Positions 28,243 to 35,998 of a stretch of 41,656 nt of DNA are shown here, piece after piece. Numbering within the stretch: position 1 is the first letter of the stretch; each line of letters begins with the position of its first letter. The stretch is from Bacilli bacterium (lineage in GTDB: Bacteria > Bacillota_I > Bacilli_A > RFN20 > CAG-826). The DNA is taken from contig JBAYST010000001.1 of the NCBI GenBank assembly GCA_041676005.1, positions 1 to 41,656 of the forward strand, read 5' to 3'. A program made the position numbers and the translations under genes. The notes under the pieces are model-generated. The model did not search any database, was not told the origin of the DNA, and was given only the letters and a program-made list of their open reading frames with translations.

Positions 28243-29895
28243 CTATTTGTTTTTCAATAATCGCAGATGATTTGCAATGCTCACATAACCACCCGCAAGA
28301 TTTTTAACGTCCTTGAATCCTTCGTTTAATAAGATATTTTGGACTGCGTTAGATGTCCATCCACTAAGGCAACAGACGATAATTTCTGCATCTTTATCAA
28401 GTTTAGTCAAATTATCTCTAACATACATCTGGGGAATATTAATCGCTTCATCAAGATGCGATTGAAGAAAGGCAATCGGAGAACGGATATCAAGAATCAC
28501 TCTTTTCGTTTGTCCGGGCCGAAGTAACTCCTTTGCTGAGATGAGTTTGCGATTTTTCTTTAAGGCATTTTCTAAAATCATCCCGGTGTAATTGATCGGA
28601 TCTCGAGCAGTAGCAAACGGTGGAGAATAGGCTAGATCCATATCTTCTAAGTCGCTTGCTTTTCCTTTTAAAGTCATTGTTGTAGCGATGATATCGATGC
28701 GTTTATCGACTCCTTCATGACCGACGATCTGTGCTCCGATAATCGTTCCATCTTTTAGACTCAGGGCTTTGATAATCATATCTTGACCACCCATGAAATG
28801 AGGGCGATCAGGTTTTGTGTGAGTGATGACCAAATAATCTAATCCTTCTTTAAGTGCTTGTTTTTCAGTTTTCCCTGTCTGTCCGATACTCAGATCGAAA
28901 ACTTTAAAAATTGCTGTTCCAAGAACGCCTTTAAATATTACCTTTCCGCCTGTGATATTGTCACCGACAATTCGGCCGGTTTTATTAGCAGTCGAACCTA
29001 GTGGAAGGTATAAAGGTTTTTTATCAATCATATGCCACGCTTCCATGCAATCGCCAGCAGCGTAGATATCTTTGATATTGGTTTCTAAATATTCATTTAC
29101 TTTAATCGCTTTAGAATCCCCTAAAACAATTCCGGCTTCACTTGCAATCTCAGTGTTTGGTTTAACTCCAATGGCGACTAGGACCAATTCACTCGGAGAT
29201 TCGTGTTCTTTTTCACCCTGATGAAAAGTGATTGATGTCGGTGTGATTTTTTTCACATCAACTCCAGTGAAAATTTTAATTCCAATCGTTTCTAAATAAG
29301 AACGAACATACTGTGCCATTTCTTCATCTAAATTCGGAATAATCTGTTCCATTTTTTCTAAAAGTGTCACTTTCATTCCTCTTTTGGTGAAACTATCGAC
29401 TAGTTCTACTCCGACATAACCACTGCCGATCACCGTCACATTTTCAACTTTATGAGTTTTAAGATAGTCATCGATTTTAAACATATCTTCAATAGTCCGA
29501 AGCGAGAAAACGTGAGGTAAAGTCGCTCCTTCAACAAGAAGGTCACGAGCCCTCGCTCCTGTTGCGATAACTAATTTGTCATATTGGTCGGTGAATTTTT
29601 CACCGGTTTTTAAATCTTTGACTAAAATCGTTTTGGTTTTGGGATCGATTTTTTCGACTTCGTGTTCGGTCTTGATATAAATTTCATGAGCGAGTTCGAA
29701 ATAACCGCTTTCGCGAGGAGTGAGTTCTGAACTTTTTTCGACTTCCCCGCTTAAATAAAAAGGCATTCCACATCCTGAATAAGAAATGTGTTTTCCTTTG
29801 TCATATATTACAATTTCGGCTTTCTCATCATTTCTTCGCGCTTTCATCGCAGCAGAAGTTCCGCCCGCGACAGCGCCAATTACAATTATTCTCAT
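28243..29895 (-). CDS. CoA-disulfide/persulfide reductase-type flavoprotein fused to a C-terminal rhodanese domain
   Basis: FAD motif IGAVAGG, redox Cys SYSGCGMPFY, NAD motif VIGSGYVGVE, rhodanese loop VCCLSGWTS. ATG 29895 (MRIIVIG) lies 10 nt after AAGGAG. The track start at 29919 is unlikely. Confidence 0.85.
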   Translation of the reverse strand: MRIIVIGAVAGGTSAAMKARRNDEKAEIVIYDKGKHISYSGCGMPFYLSGEVEKSSELTPRESGYFELAHEIYIKTEHEVEKIDPKTKTILVKDLKTGEKFTDQYDKLVIATGARARDLLVEGATLPHVFSLRTIEDMFKIDDYLKTHKVENVTVIGSGYVGVELVDSFTKRGMKVTLLEKMEQIIPNLDEEMAQYVRSYLETIGIKIFTGVDVKKITPTSITFHQGEKEHESPSELVLVAIGVKPNTEIASEAGIVLGDSKAIKVNEYLETNIKDIYAAGDCMEAWHMIDKKPLYLPLGSTANKTGRIVGDNITGGKVIFKGVLGTAIFKVFDLSIGQTGKTEKQALKEGLDYLVITHTKPDRPHFMGGQDMIIKALSLKDGTIIGAQIVGHEGVDKRIDIIATTMTLKGKASDLEDMDLAYSPPFATARDPINYTGMILENALKKNRKLISAKELLRPGQTKRVILDIRSPIAFLQSHLDEAINIPQMYVRDNLTKLDKDAEIIVCCLSGWTSNAVQNILLNEGFKDVKNLAGGYVSIANHLRLLKNK

Positions 29896-29972
29896 CTTTT
29901 TGTAACTCCTTATACTCATTGTATAACTATTTAAATCATGATGAAAAGACTTTGCTTATAAAGGTGATAGAG

Positions 29973-30004
29973 AAAAATAAAAACGACTCTCATTTTTGAG
30001 AGTC
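29973..30004 (-). terminator. Terminator of the GT4-acyltransferase operon
   Basis: GACTCTC aaaaat GAGAGTC on the reverse strand, followed by gTTTTTATTTTT. The stem overlaps the last codons. Confidence 0.7.
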
Positions 30005-30790
30005 TGTTTTTTCTTTGATGTATTGGATGTATTCGTATTGTTTGATCGATGTGGAGCGTTCAATCATCGCCTGATAGATTTCATCCCGGAGTTTTTGCTT
30101 AGCAAGTTGCGGCTTTAAATTTTGATCTGGATAAAACGGACCATCTAGATAAGCGATGATTTTTGGTCTTTTAGAAAGAGCGAATATTCCTCTTCTTTTA
30201 TGATAAGTAGTCGTGAGGGCAAAAGATGGCACATTTAGGCTAATTGGGAATCTAAAAGATTCATTTTCAAAAGGACGGATTTTTGTATAATAAGGCCAGA
30301 TGTGCTTTTCAGGATAAATCATCACCGAAGACTTCTTATTTATTCTCGTTTTTAAACATGTGATAAAATCGACTTTTTCCGCGAAGGTTTCCCCTAAAGG
30401 TATCGCACCTAACATCGTGATAAAAGTTCTAATGCCTTTAATCGAAAGAGCTTCTCGTCCAACGACGACATAATTCTTTTTAAATGCTTTTAGTAAATTT
30501 GGTTGAAATGCATCTGACATCGATCCGGTGTGATTACCATAGATGAAATAACCAGTTCCTTTTGCCTTTTTGATCACTTTACGGTTTTCGATTTTGCCGA
30601 GGTAATAAATTTTCATAATCATCCAGATGAGAGGTTTTGCAAAAACAAAATAAGCGAAAAAACTGCCAATCCGATAAAAGACATTTTTCCGGATATATTT
30701 AAAATTATCCGGTAAATGTTTTGCTTCTACTTTAGCAGAAGCAAAATCATCGTTTAATTCATCGCGGTAATAAATTATTTTCTTTTTCAT
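29990..30790 (-). CDS. PlsC-family (lysophospholipid-type) acyltransferase
   Basis: YGNHTGSMSD (H-x5-D variant of the HX4D box) and IYPEKH (FPEG-like box). ATG 30790 (MKKKIIYY) overlaps the upstream GT4 gene by 32 nt. The longer track start lies deep inside that gene. Confidence 0.7.
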   Translation of the reverse strand: MKKKIIYYRDELNDDFASAKVEAKHLPDNFKYIRKNVFYRIGSFFAYFVFAKPLIWMIMKIYYLGKIENRKVIKKAKGTGYFIYGNHTGSMSDAFQPNLLKAFKKNYVVVGREALSIKGIRTFITMLGAIPLGETFAEKVDFITCLKTRINKKSSVMIYPEKHIWPYYTKIRPFENESFRFPISLNVPSFALTTTYHKRRGIFALSKRPKIIAYLDGPFYPDQNLKPQLAKQKLRDEIYQAMIERSTSIKQYEYIQYIKEKTDSQK

Positions 30791-31925
30791 GAGAAACAAC
30801 ATCCTCAAACATTTTTTCCATCTGATCCATACAGTGATCAACACTTAAGACTGAGGCGCTTTTTTCGTAGACTTTTCCCATTTTAATTCTTTCTTCTTCG
30901 TGATCGAGCCAATAGTCAATTTTATCAGATAAGTCTTTGACATTATTTGACTCAAATAAACTTCTTTCATCTAACGCAAAACCTTTCGTGGCAGAAGTTT
31001 TCGAATTGGAAATCACTGGGACGAGTCCGCATTTAATCGCTTCTAAACAAGCAATAGCCTCAATTTCTGCGTGTGCAGGATGAACGTAAAGATCAGAGAT
31101 ATTGATGATTTCGTTTAATTTATCAATCGAAAAGAAATCGATGATCGGTTGATTGGTCAAAATTTTGCGAGAAAGTTTTTCAATCGATTTTCTCGTTGGA
31201 CCTTGACCTGCAAAGATGAGTTGAATCTCACTTTCATATTTGGATAATGAAACTGCTTTAATGAGTAATTTGTGTGATTTTTCCTTACTCAAACGACCGA
31301 TGAATAAAATCACTTTCTTTCCGATCAATCTTTCATCTTTTCTCGTTATTGTGGTTTTATAGATGTCGTCTCTTACACCATTAGAGATGACATAGGCATT
31401 TGTCTTACCGACGACATCTTCATAAATGTCTTTGATGAATGCGGTGGGATAATGAATCGCACTGCAGTAAGAATATAATTTACGGTTATATCTGCGATAA
31501 AGATAATCGTTGAACCAATGGTTGCTCATCCAATTTAGGATGTGGCTAGAAAAGTTTTCTGCTTGGCAATGAAAGCTCGCCGTAACTGGAATATTTAACT
31601 CTTCTTTAATATATTTTGCACAATGTGCTCCTAGGAACATCGGAACGGTGACGTGAACGACATCGCTTCCTTCACATGCTTCTTTGATAATCTTTTTATC
31701 AGCTTTTGCGATTACGACGTTATTAGCTTTAATAATTACATCGAGAATTCCAAGCGACTGAATCGGAACGACGTAGAATCCGGGTAAACCTTTCTTGTCT
31801 TGGTCTGGACAGACGATATTGACTGTATGTCCTTTTTTTCTCATCGCTCTAACTAAATTCATCACTGCGACGGTAGTGCCATTATTCTCTTCGCCGAGAA
31901 CTGGCGCGATAATCGTAATTTTCAT
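30759..31925 (-). CDS. GT4 glycosyltransferase (possible diacylglycerol glycolipid synthase)
   Basis: MKITIIAPVLGEENNGTTVAVMNLVRAMRKKGHTV N-terminus and a GT-B C-domain (FIGRLSKEKSH...HPAHAEIEAIACLEAIKCGLVPV). ATG 31925 lies 6 nt after AGGAGA. Confidence 0.8.
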   Translation of the reverse strand: MKITIIAPVLGEENNGTTVAVMNLVRAMRKKGHTVNIVCPDQDKKGLPGFYVVPIQSLGILDVIIKANNVVIAKADKKIIKEACEGSDVVHVTVPMFLGAHCAKYIKEELNIPVTASFHCQAENFSSHILNWMSNHWFNDYLYRRYNRKLYSYCSAIHYPTAFIKDIYEDVVGKTNAYVISNGVRDDIYKTTITRKDERLIGKKVILFIGRLSKEKSHKLLIKAVSLSKYESEIQLIFAGQGPTRKSIEKLSRKILTNQPIIDFFSIDKLNEIINISDLYVHPAHAEIEAIACLEAIKCGLVPVISNSKTSATKGFALDERSLFESNNVKDLSDKIDYWLDHEEERIKMGKVYEKSASVLSVDHCMDQMEKMFEDVVSHEKENNLLPR

Positions 31926-32078
31926 TGTTTTTCTCCTAGGCACATTATGTGTTAAAGAAACATCTAAATAACTCTATGCGTGAAAATTATTCTCTATGAG
32001 TTCAAGAACCGCTAGTTTCGTCTACTCTACTGTCAGTTTACATCAAGTGTTTTACATAGTAAGATAAAGTCAGAAATT

Positions 32079-32654
32079 ATGGAACTCAACGAAATCGTGG
32101 CGATGAATATCGTCGAATTACGCAAAGAACACAATTGGACTCAAGCCGAATTAGCCGCTAAACTCAATTACACGGATAAGGCGATTTCAAAGTGGGAAAG
32201 AGGAGAATCAATTCCAGAACTCGCTACTTTAAAACAACTCGCAGAGATGTTTGGAGTGACGATTGATTACATTACTTCACCTAAACCTAAAGCCGAGAAA
32301 AAAGACTATCTACTTCCAGGGATAATTAAAACGAATCGAATTTTGATCACTGCGATTTCGACTTCGATTGTTTTAATCATCGCAACCATCGTCTTTGTCT
32401 ATGCGGCGATTTATCTTGAGAAATATCTCTGGACTTTATTTGTCTGGTCAGTTCCAGCAGGGATGATCTGTCTGTATTTTTTCAATTGGCGGTGGGGCGA
32501 AAAGAAATTCACTTTTTATATCGTCACCGTTTTTTTATGGTCCATTTTAACCGCGATTTTTCTTGAGACAATGCAATATAACACTTGGCTTATCTTCATC
32601 ATCGGCATTCCGATTCAAATCACGGTTACCTTAATTGGGTTTTTGAAAAAATAA
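32079..32654 (+). CDS. Membrane-anchored XRE-family HTH regulator (HTH_3 domain plus 4 TM)
   Basis: ELRKEHNWTQAELAAKLNYTDKAISKWERGESIPELATLKQLAEMFGVTIDYI is a canonical Cro/C1 HTH. Four hydrophobic helices follow. It is divergent from the GT4 operon. Confidence 0.8.
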   Translation: MELNEIVAMNIVELRKEHNWTQAELAAKLNYTDKAISKWERGESIPELATLKQLAEMFGVTIDYITSPKPKAEKKDYLLPGIIKTNRILITAISTSIVLIIATIVFVYAAIYLEKYLWTLFVWSVPAGMICLYFFNWRWGEKKFTFYIVTVFLWSILTAIFLETMQYNTWLIFIIGIPIQITVTLIGFLKK

Positions 32655-32790
32655 AACACAGCAAATATAAATTAAACTTAAAAAGGATTATTTCACCATT
32701 TTTAAAATTTGATAAACAAATATTGGTTTTTATTTTTTTAGCTTTGTTAATATCAAGAATTCAGGTTTAGGAATAATGGAAATTTTTAAA

Positions 32791-33318
32791 CTAGGTTAGT
32801 TGATTTTGTTCCGAATCACTAAATCTTTCTTTAAGCAATTTTGCCGGGTTTCCCCCGACAATTGTAAAAGGTTTTACATCACGCGTAACAACTGATCCTG
32901 CAGCAATGATTGAGCCTCGACCAACTGTAACTCCCTTTAAAATTATCGCACCTGATCCAATCCAATTATCTCCTTCGAAGATAACGGGTTTGTCATTTTC
33001 AGGTAATTTCTCTTTGTCTGTAATTGAAGCCATTGGTCTATCTTTAATATCAAAGCGGTGGTCACCGGTGAAAACAGAGACTCTAGGCCCAAACATCACA
33101 TCATCGCCTATAATTATTTCGGCCAATTTTGCAAAAAATATACAATCCGCACCGATTGTTACTCGACTTCCCAAAGTTATATTTTGAAATGTGAAAAGTC
33201 CGCCTCTTCCAAGGTAGTTTTTCTTTCCTCTCTTTTTAAATGCCGCCAATCTAAATGGCATTATTATCCGATAAAGTGCTTTTTTTATGAAATGACAGAT
33301 TTTGTAAATAATCTTCAT
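32791..33318 (-). CDS. Left-handed beta-helix (hexapeptide-repeat) O-acetyltransferase
   Basis: Hexapeptide turns IGDDVMFGPRVSV...GDNWIGSGAIILKGVTVGRGSIIAAGSVVTRDV...VGGNPAK. SD GGGAGG. Confidence 0.85.
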   Translation of the reverse strand: MKIIYKICHFIKKALYRIIMPFRLAAFKKRGKKNYLGRGGLFTFQNITLGSRVTIGADCIFFAKLAEIIIGDDVMFGPRVSVFTGDHRFDIKDRPMASITDKEKLPENDKPVIFEGDNWIGSGAIILKGVTVGRGSIIAAGSVVTRDVKPFTIVGGNPAKLLKERFSDSEQNQLT

Positions 33319-33354
33319 TTTTTCCTCCCACGTTCTTCAGTAGACAAACATCAG

Positions 33355-34464
33355 TTATGTCTTATGTCTCGAAGCTAAAACCTCATTTATTTTTTTTATC
33401 CATGATTTTGAAAAAACATCTATTGAAAACCCTTGTTCAACAATTTTCCGCGATTCTTCTCCCATTTGCAAGAGTTCATCTTCCCTCCGATTGACGATTT
33501 TGCTTATGGCATCTGCAATCGATTTAGTATCATTGGGATCAAATGTAATCGCATTGTTTTCATTTGCCAAATATTTATAATCAGACACTTCACTCATTAA
33601 AATTGGTTTTCCCACAGCTAATCCCTCTAATATTGCATTAGGCATCCCTTCATGTGTACTAAAAAGTGCAACTACGTCAGAGTTATAATATTTATCAATT
33701 ATATCTTGCGTAGTCTCTTCTAAAATCAAATTACTATCAACACCTTTTTCTTTGATTAGGTTCTTAATTTGTTCTTTTGTGAGGTATCCTTTTTCTTCTG
33801 CTGTTCCATACCATCTAATTTCAAATTTAGATCGAACATCATCATCAATTATTGCAATTGCATCTATTAATCTTTCAATATTCTTTATACGCTTTAATGA
33901 TGCAGCAACAGTGATTCTTAATTTTCCGTTATGAGTAAAAGAAGTTTTGAGATTGTCTTTTTTGTCAATTTGCACACCATTATGGATTACTCCAATTTTA
34001 TCTTTAAACTCTGGTTTATATTTTAGCCACAAGTCTTTTGCCGAGTAAGAGTTACAAACAATGTAATCTGACTTCCGCTCAAAAAATTTATAGATTTTAT
34101 TTTTACAACCTTTAAAATTATCTTCTATCGCGTTCCGCTCACTAGTGATCAGCGCCCATTTTCTTTTTTTATTAACGGAAAAATTAGCAATAAAATTAGG
34201 GGTTTCTAAAAAAGAGATTAAGATATCTTGCCATCCTTGTTGAATGTAGTGTCTAACTTTGAAAAGTCTGAGCAAATTCGACTTAGGAGCTATTTTAACT
34301 ATCTCGATTTTTTTATTAATTCGGTTTTTAAAGAAATCTTGGTTTGTATATTGCAGAACTTTAACCTTATGCCCTTCGTCATGAAGAGCATTTGCCAAAT
34401 AGACCATTTGTCTTTGTGCTCCACCCAAACCTAATCCATCTATAAAAAGTAAAATATTTAGCAT
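33355..34464 (-). CDS. GT4 glycosyltransferase
   Basis: LGLGGAQRQMVYLANAL N-domain motif and EGMPNAILEGLAVGKPIL (EX7E). TAAGAT lies 6 nt upstream of the ATG and there is no SD. Confidence 0.85.
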   Translation of the reverse strand: MLNILLFIDGLGLGGAQRQMVYLANALHDEGHKVKVLQYTNQDFFKNRINKKIEIVKIAPKSNLLRLFKVRHYIQQGWQDILISFLETPNFIANFSVNKKRKWALITSERNAIEDNFKGCKNKIYKFFERKSDYIVCNSYSAKDLWLKYKPEFKDKIGVIHNGVQIDKKDNLKTSFTHNGKLRITVAASLKRIKNIERLIDAIAIIDDDVRSKFEIRWYGTAEEKGYLTKEQIKNLIKEKGVDSNLILEETTQDIIDKYYNSDVVALFSTHEGMPNAILEGLAVGKPILMSEVSDYKYLANENNAITFDPNDTKSIADAISKIVNRREDELLQMGEESRKIVEQGFSIDVFSKSWIKKINEVLASRHKT

Positions 34465-34567
34465 TGTTTTATCTTATCTTATTTTTTTAAATATTCATAG
34501 CACCCACTACGTCATAATATTAAAAAAGCTCAATTAAAACCATATTTATAATGCTACCTGCATACTT

Positions 34568-34606
34568 AAAAAATAAAACCCCGCAACGAAATATCTAGCG
34601 GGGTTT
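34568..34606 (-). terminator. Terminator of the SHOCT-protein gene
   Basis: AAACCCCGC ...13 nt... GCGGGGTTT, followed on the reverse strand by TTATTTTTT. Confidence 0.8.
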
Positions 34607-34629
34607 CTTTTTATCTATTTAATTATAAA

Positions 34630-35421
34630 TTAAGACTTTAAAATGTCTGTCTTTTTCTTTTCAAATTCCTCTTGGGTGATCAATCCTTCTTTTAAGAGTT
34701 GTTCGTACTTTCTAATCCGACTGACTTTTAAATCATCTTGGTCAGGTTGAGTTGTTAAAAATGCTTTAGCATCGCTAAGCGTATTTACTTCGGTTTTATC
34801 ATTCATGGCGATGAATCCGATGTAGATGTTCGCACCGATGATAATCATTAAAGCGATTTCAAATAAAATCGTGTAGGTGATAATCGTTCCATCTGCTTGG
34901 CCGTGAGCAAAAGCAGCAAGCGTGGCCGCTAAGTGTCCGAAAAGAAAAATTTCTGCAAGTAATGAGGTGACAAAAAGGAGAGTCCCAATGTTCTTATTTT
35001 TCTTTTTGCTGAATCCGTGAATTAAACCAGCGACTCCGATGAGGATGGCTAAAACAGTGATAATCGAATAAAAAGAAAAAACTAAAGTGACTATTTTGTC
35101 ATTAGAATAAAGAGCAAGAGAATATTCTTTTTCACTTGCTAAAACCGAGATGTAGAGCAACGCAAAATTGGAAAGCCAAAGAGTTAATGAGGTCCCGACT
35201 AAAAACATTCCTTTTGACTCTTTTAAACCTCCGACTAAACCGATGGTGAGAATTGAAATAATCAGCAACCCTCCAAATAAAACAGGAGCGAAAAGAACTC
35301 CATCTCCATCAGGAGAAACGAGCATGAAAATGATTGAAAGAATTAAAAAACCGATTGCAACTGCAGGAAGAATCGAGAGCAGTTTTAACTTTAGAACGGG
35401 CGTTTTGTTAGAATTTTCCAT
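34630..35421 (-). CDS. Polytopic membrane protein with C-terminal SHOCT domain
   Basis: About 6-7 TM, then RIRKYEQLLKEGLITQEEFEKKKTDILKS (SHOCT consensus). ATG 35421 (MENSNK) lies 7 nt after GAGGT. The track start at 35511 is unlikely. Confidence 0.75.
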   Translation of the reverse strand: MENSNKTPVLKLKLLSILPAVAIGFLILSIIFMLVSPDGDGVLFAPVLFGGLLIISILTIGLVGGLKESKGMFLVGTSLTLWLSNFALLYISVLASEKEYSLALYSNDKIVTLVFSFYSIITVLAILIGVAGLIHGFSKKKNKNIGTLLFVTSLLAEIFLFGHLAATLAAFAHGQADGTIITYTILFEIALMIIIGANIYIGFIAMNDKTEVNTLSDAKAFLTTQPDQDDLKVSRIRKYEQLLKEGLITQEEFEKKKTDILKS

Positions 35422-35464
35422 AATTTTTACCTCTTTTTTATTATACACGGATATGGTCACCGTG

Positions 35465-35486
35465 TTATAAATACTACCATTTATAA
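35465..35486. promoter_or_regulatory. Inverted repeat TTATAAAT-N6-ATTTATAA in the dfx / SHOCT divergent promoter region
   Basis: 8-6-8 perfect arms. It is adjacent to a second inverted repeat, ACACGG-N9-CCGTGT (35445..35465). Confidence 0.35.
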
Positions 35487-35495
35487 TCATGCTTT

Positions 35496-35504
35496 TGTTA
35501 TAAT
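35496..35504 (+). promoter_or_regulatory. Extended -10 TGtTATAAT for dfx
   Basis: gcttTTGtTATAATttttcAAGGAGGattaattATG. Confidence 0.55.
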
Positions 35505-35523
35505 TTTTCAAGGAGGATTAATT

Positions 35524-35910
35524 ATGGATAATCGCGAAAAATTTTATCATTGCCCGATTTGCGGTAATTTCTTTGGTGTGATTCACGATGCAGGACCAAT
35601 TCCTGTGTGCTGCAATCAGCCGATGATCTCAGTCGAGGCTAATTCAGAAGAGGCTTCTTTGGAGAAACATATTCCAGAAGTCGAAGTTCATGAAAATAAG
35701 GTCATCGTCAAAATCGGTGCAGTTCCACATCCGATGATTCCCGCTCATTATATTCAATGGGTCTTTGTCGTCACCAATCTCGGAAGACATCGCGTCCCGC
35801 TTCAACCTGATCAAGCTCCAGAAGCCGAAATTGCGCTTCTTCCAAATGAAAAACCATTAAGAGTCTATGAATATTGCAATATCCACGGACTTTGGATTAA
35901 AGAACTTTAA
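35524..35910 (+). CDS. dfx: Desulfoferrodoxin (class I, 2Fe superoxide reductase)
   Basis: N-terminal desulforedoxin site CPICG...VCC. C-terminal neelaredoxin ligands EKHIP, HPM..AH, CNIHGLW. 128 aa. Confidence 0.92.
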   Translation: MDNREKFYHCPICGNFFGVIHDAGPIPVCCNQPMISVEANSEEASLEKHIPEVEVHENKVIVKIGAVPHPMIPAHYIQWVFVVTNLGRHRVPLQPDQAPEAEIALLPNEKPLRVYEYCNIHGLWIKEL

Positions 35911-35998
35911 AAAAATGCTTTCGATTTTAAGGTGTTCTAAAAGAAAACATCAATATTTTTTTTGATGTCCTCTTGTTTTGCTTTAAGGAGGCTACGTC

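Noticed and set aside
29896-29919. Longer start of the reductase (MSIRSYKK); similarly 30791..30844, 31926..31943 and 35422..35511 extensions
   Set aside because: In each case an internal ATG has a well-spaced SD and gives the canonical family N-terminus (MRIIVIG, MKKKIIYY, MKITIIAP, MENSNK). The extensions contain the SD itself or overlap the upstream gene.
32655-34629. Compositional (low-GC) island around the acetyltransferase/GT4 pair
   Set aside because: Hand counts of 100-nt samples gave about 30-31% G+C, both here and in pcrA. I have no defensible difference without a proper sliding-window calculation.
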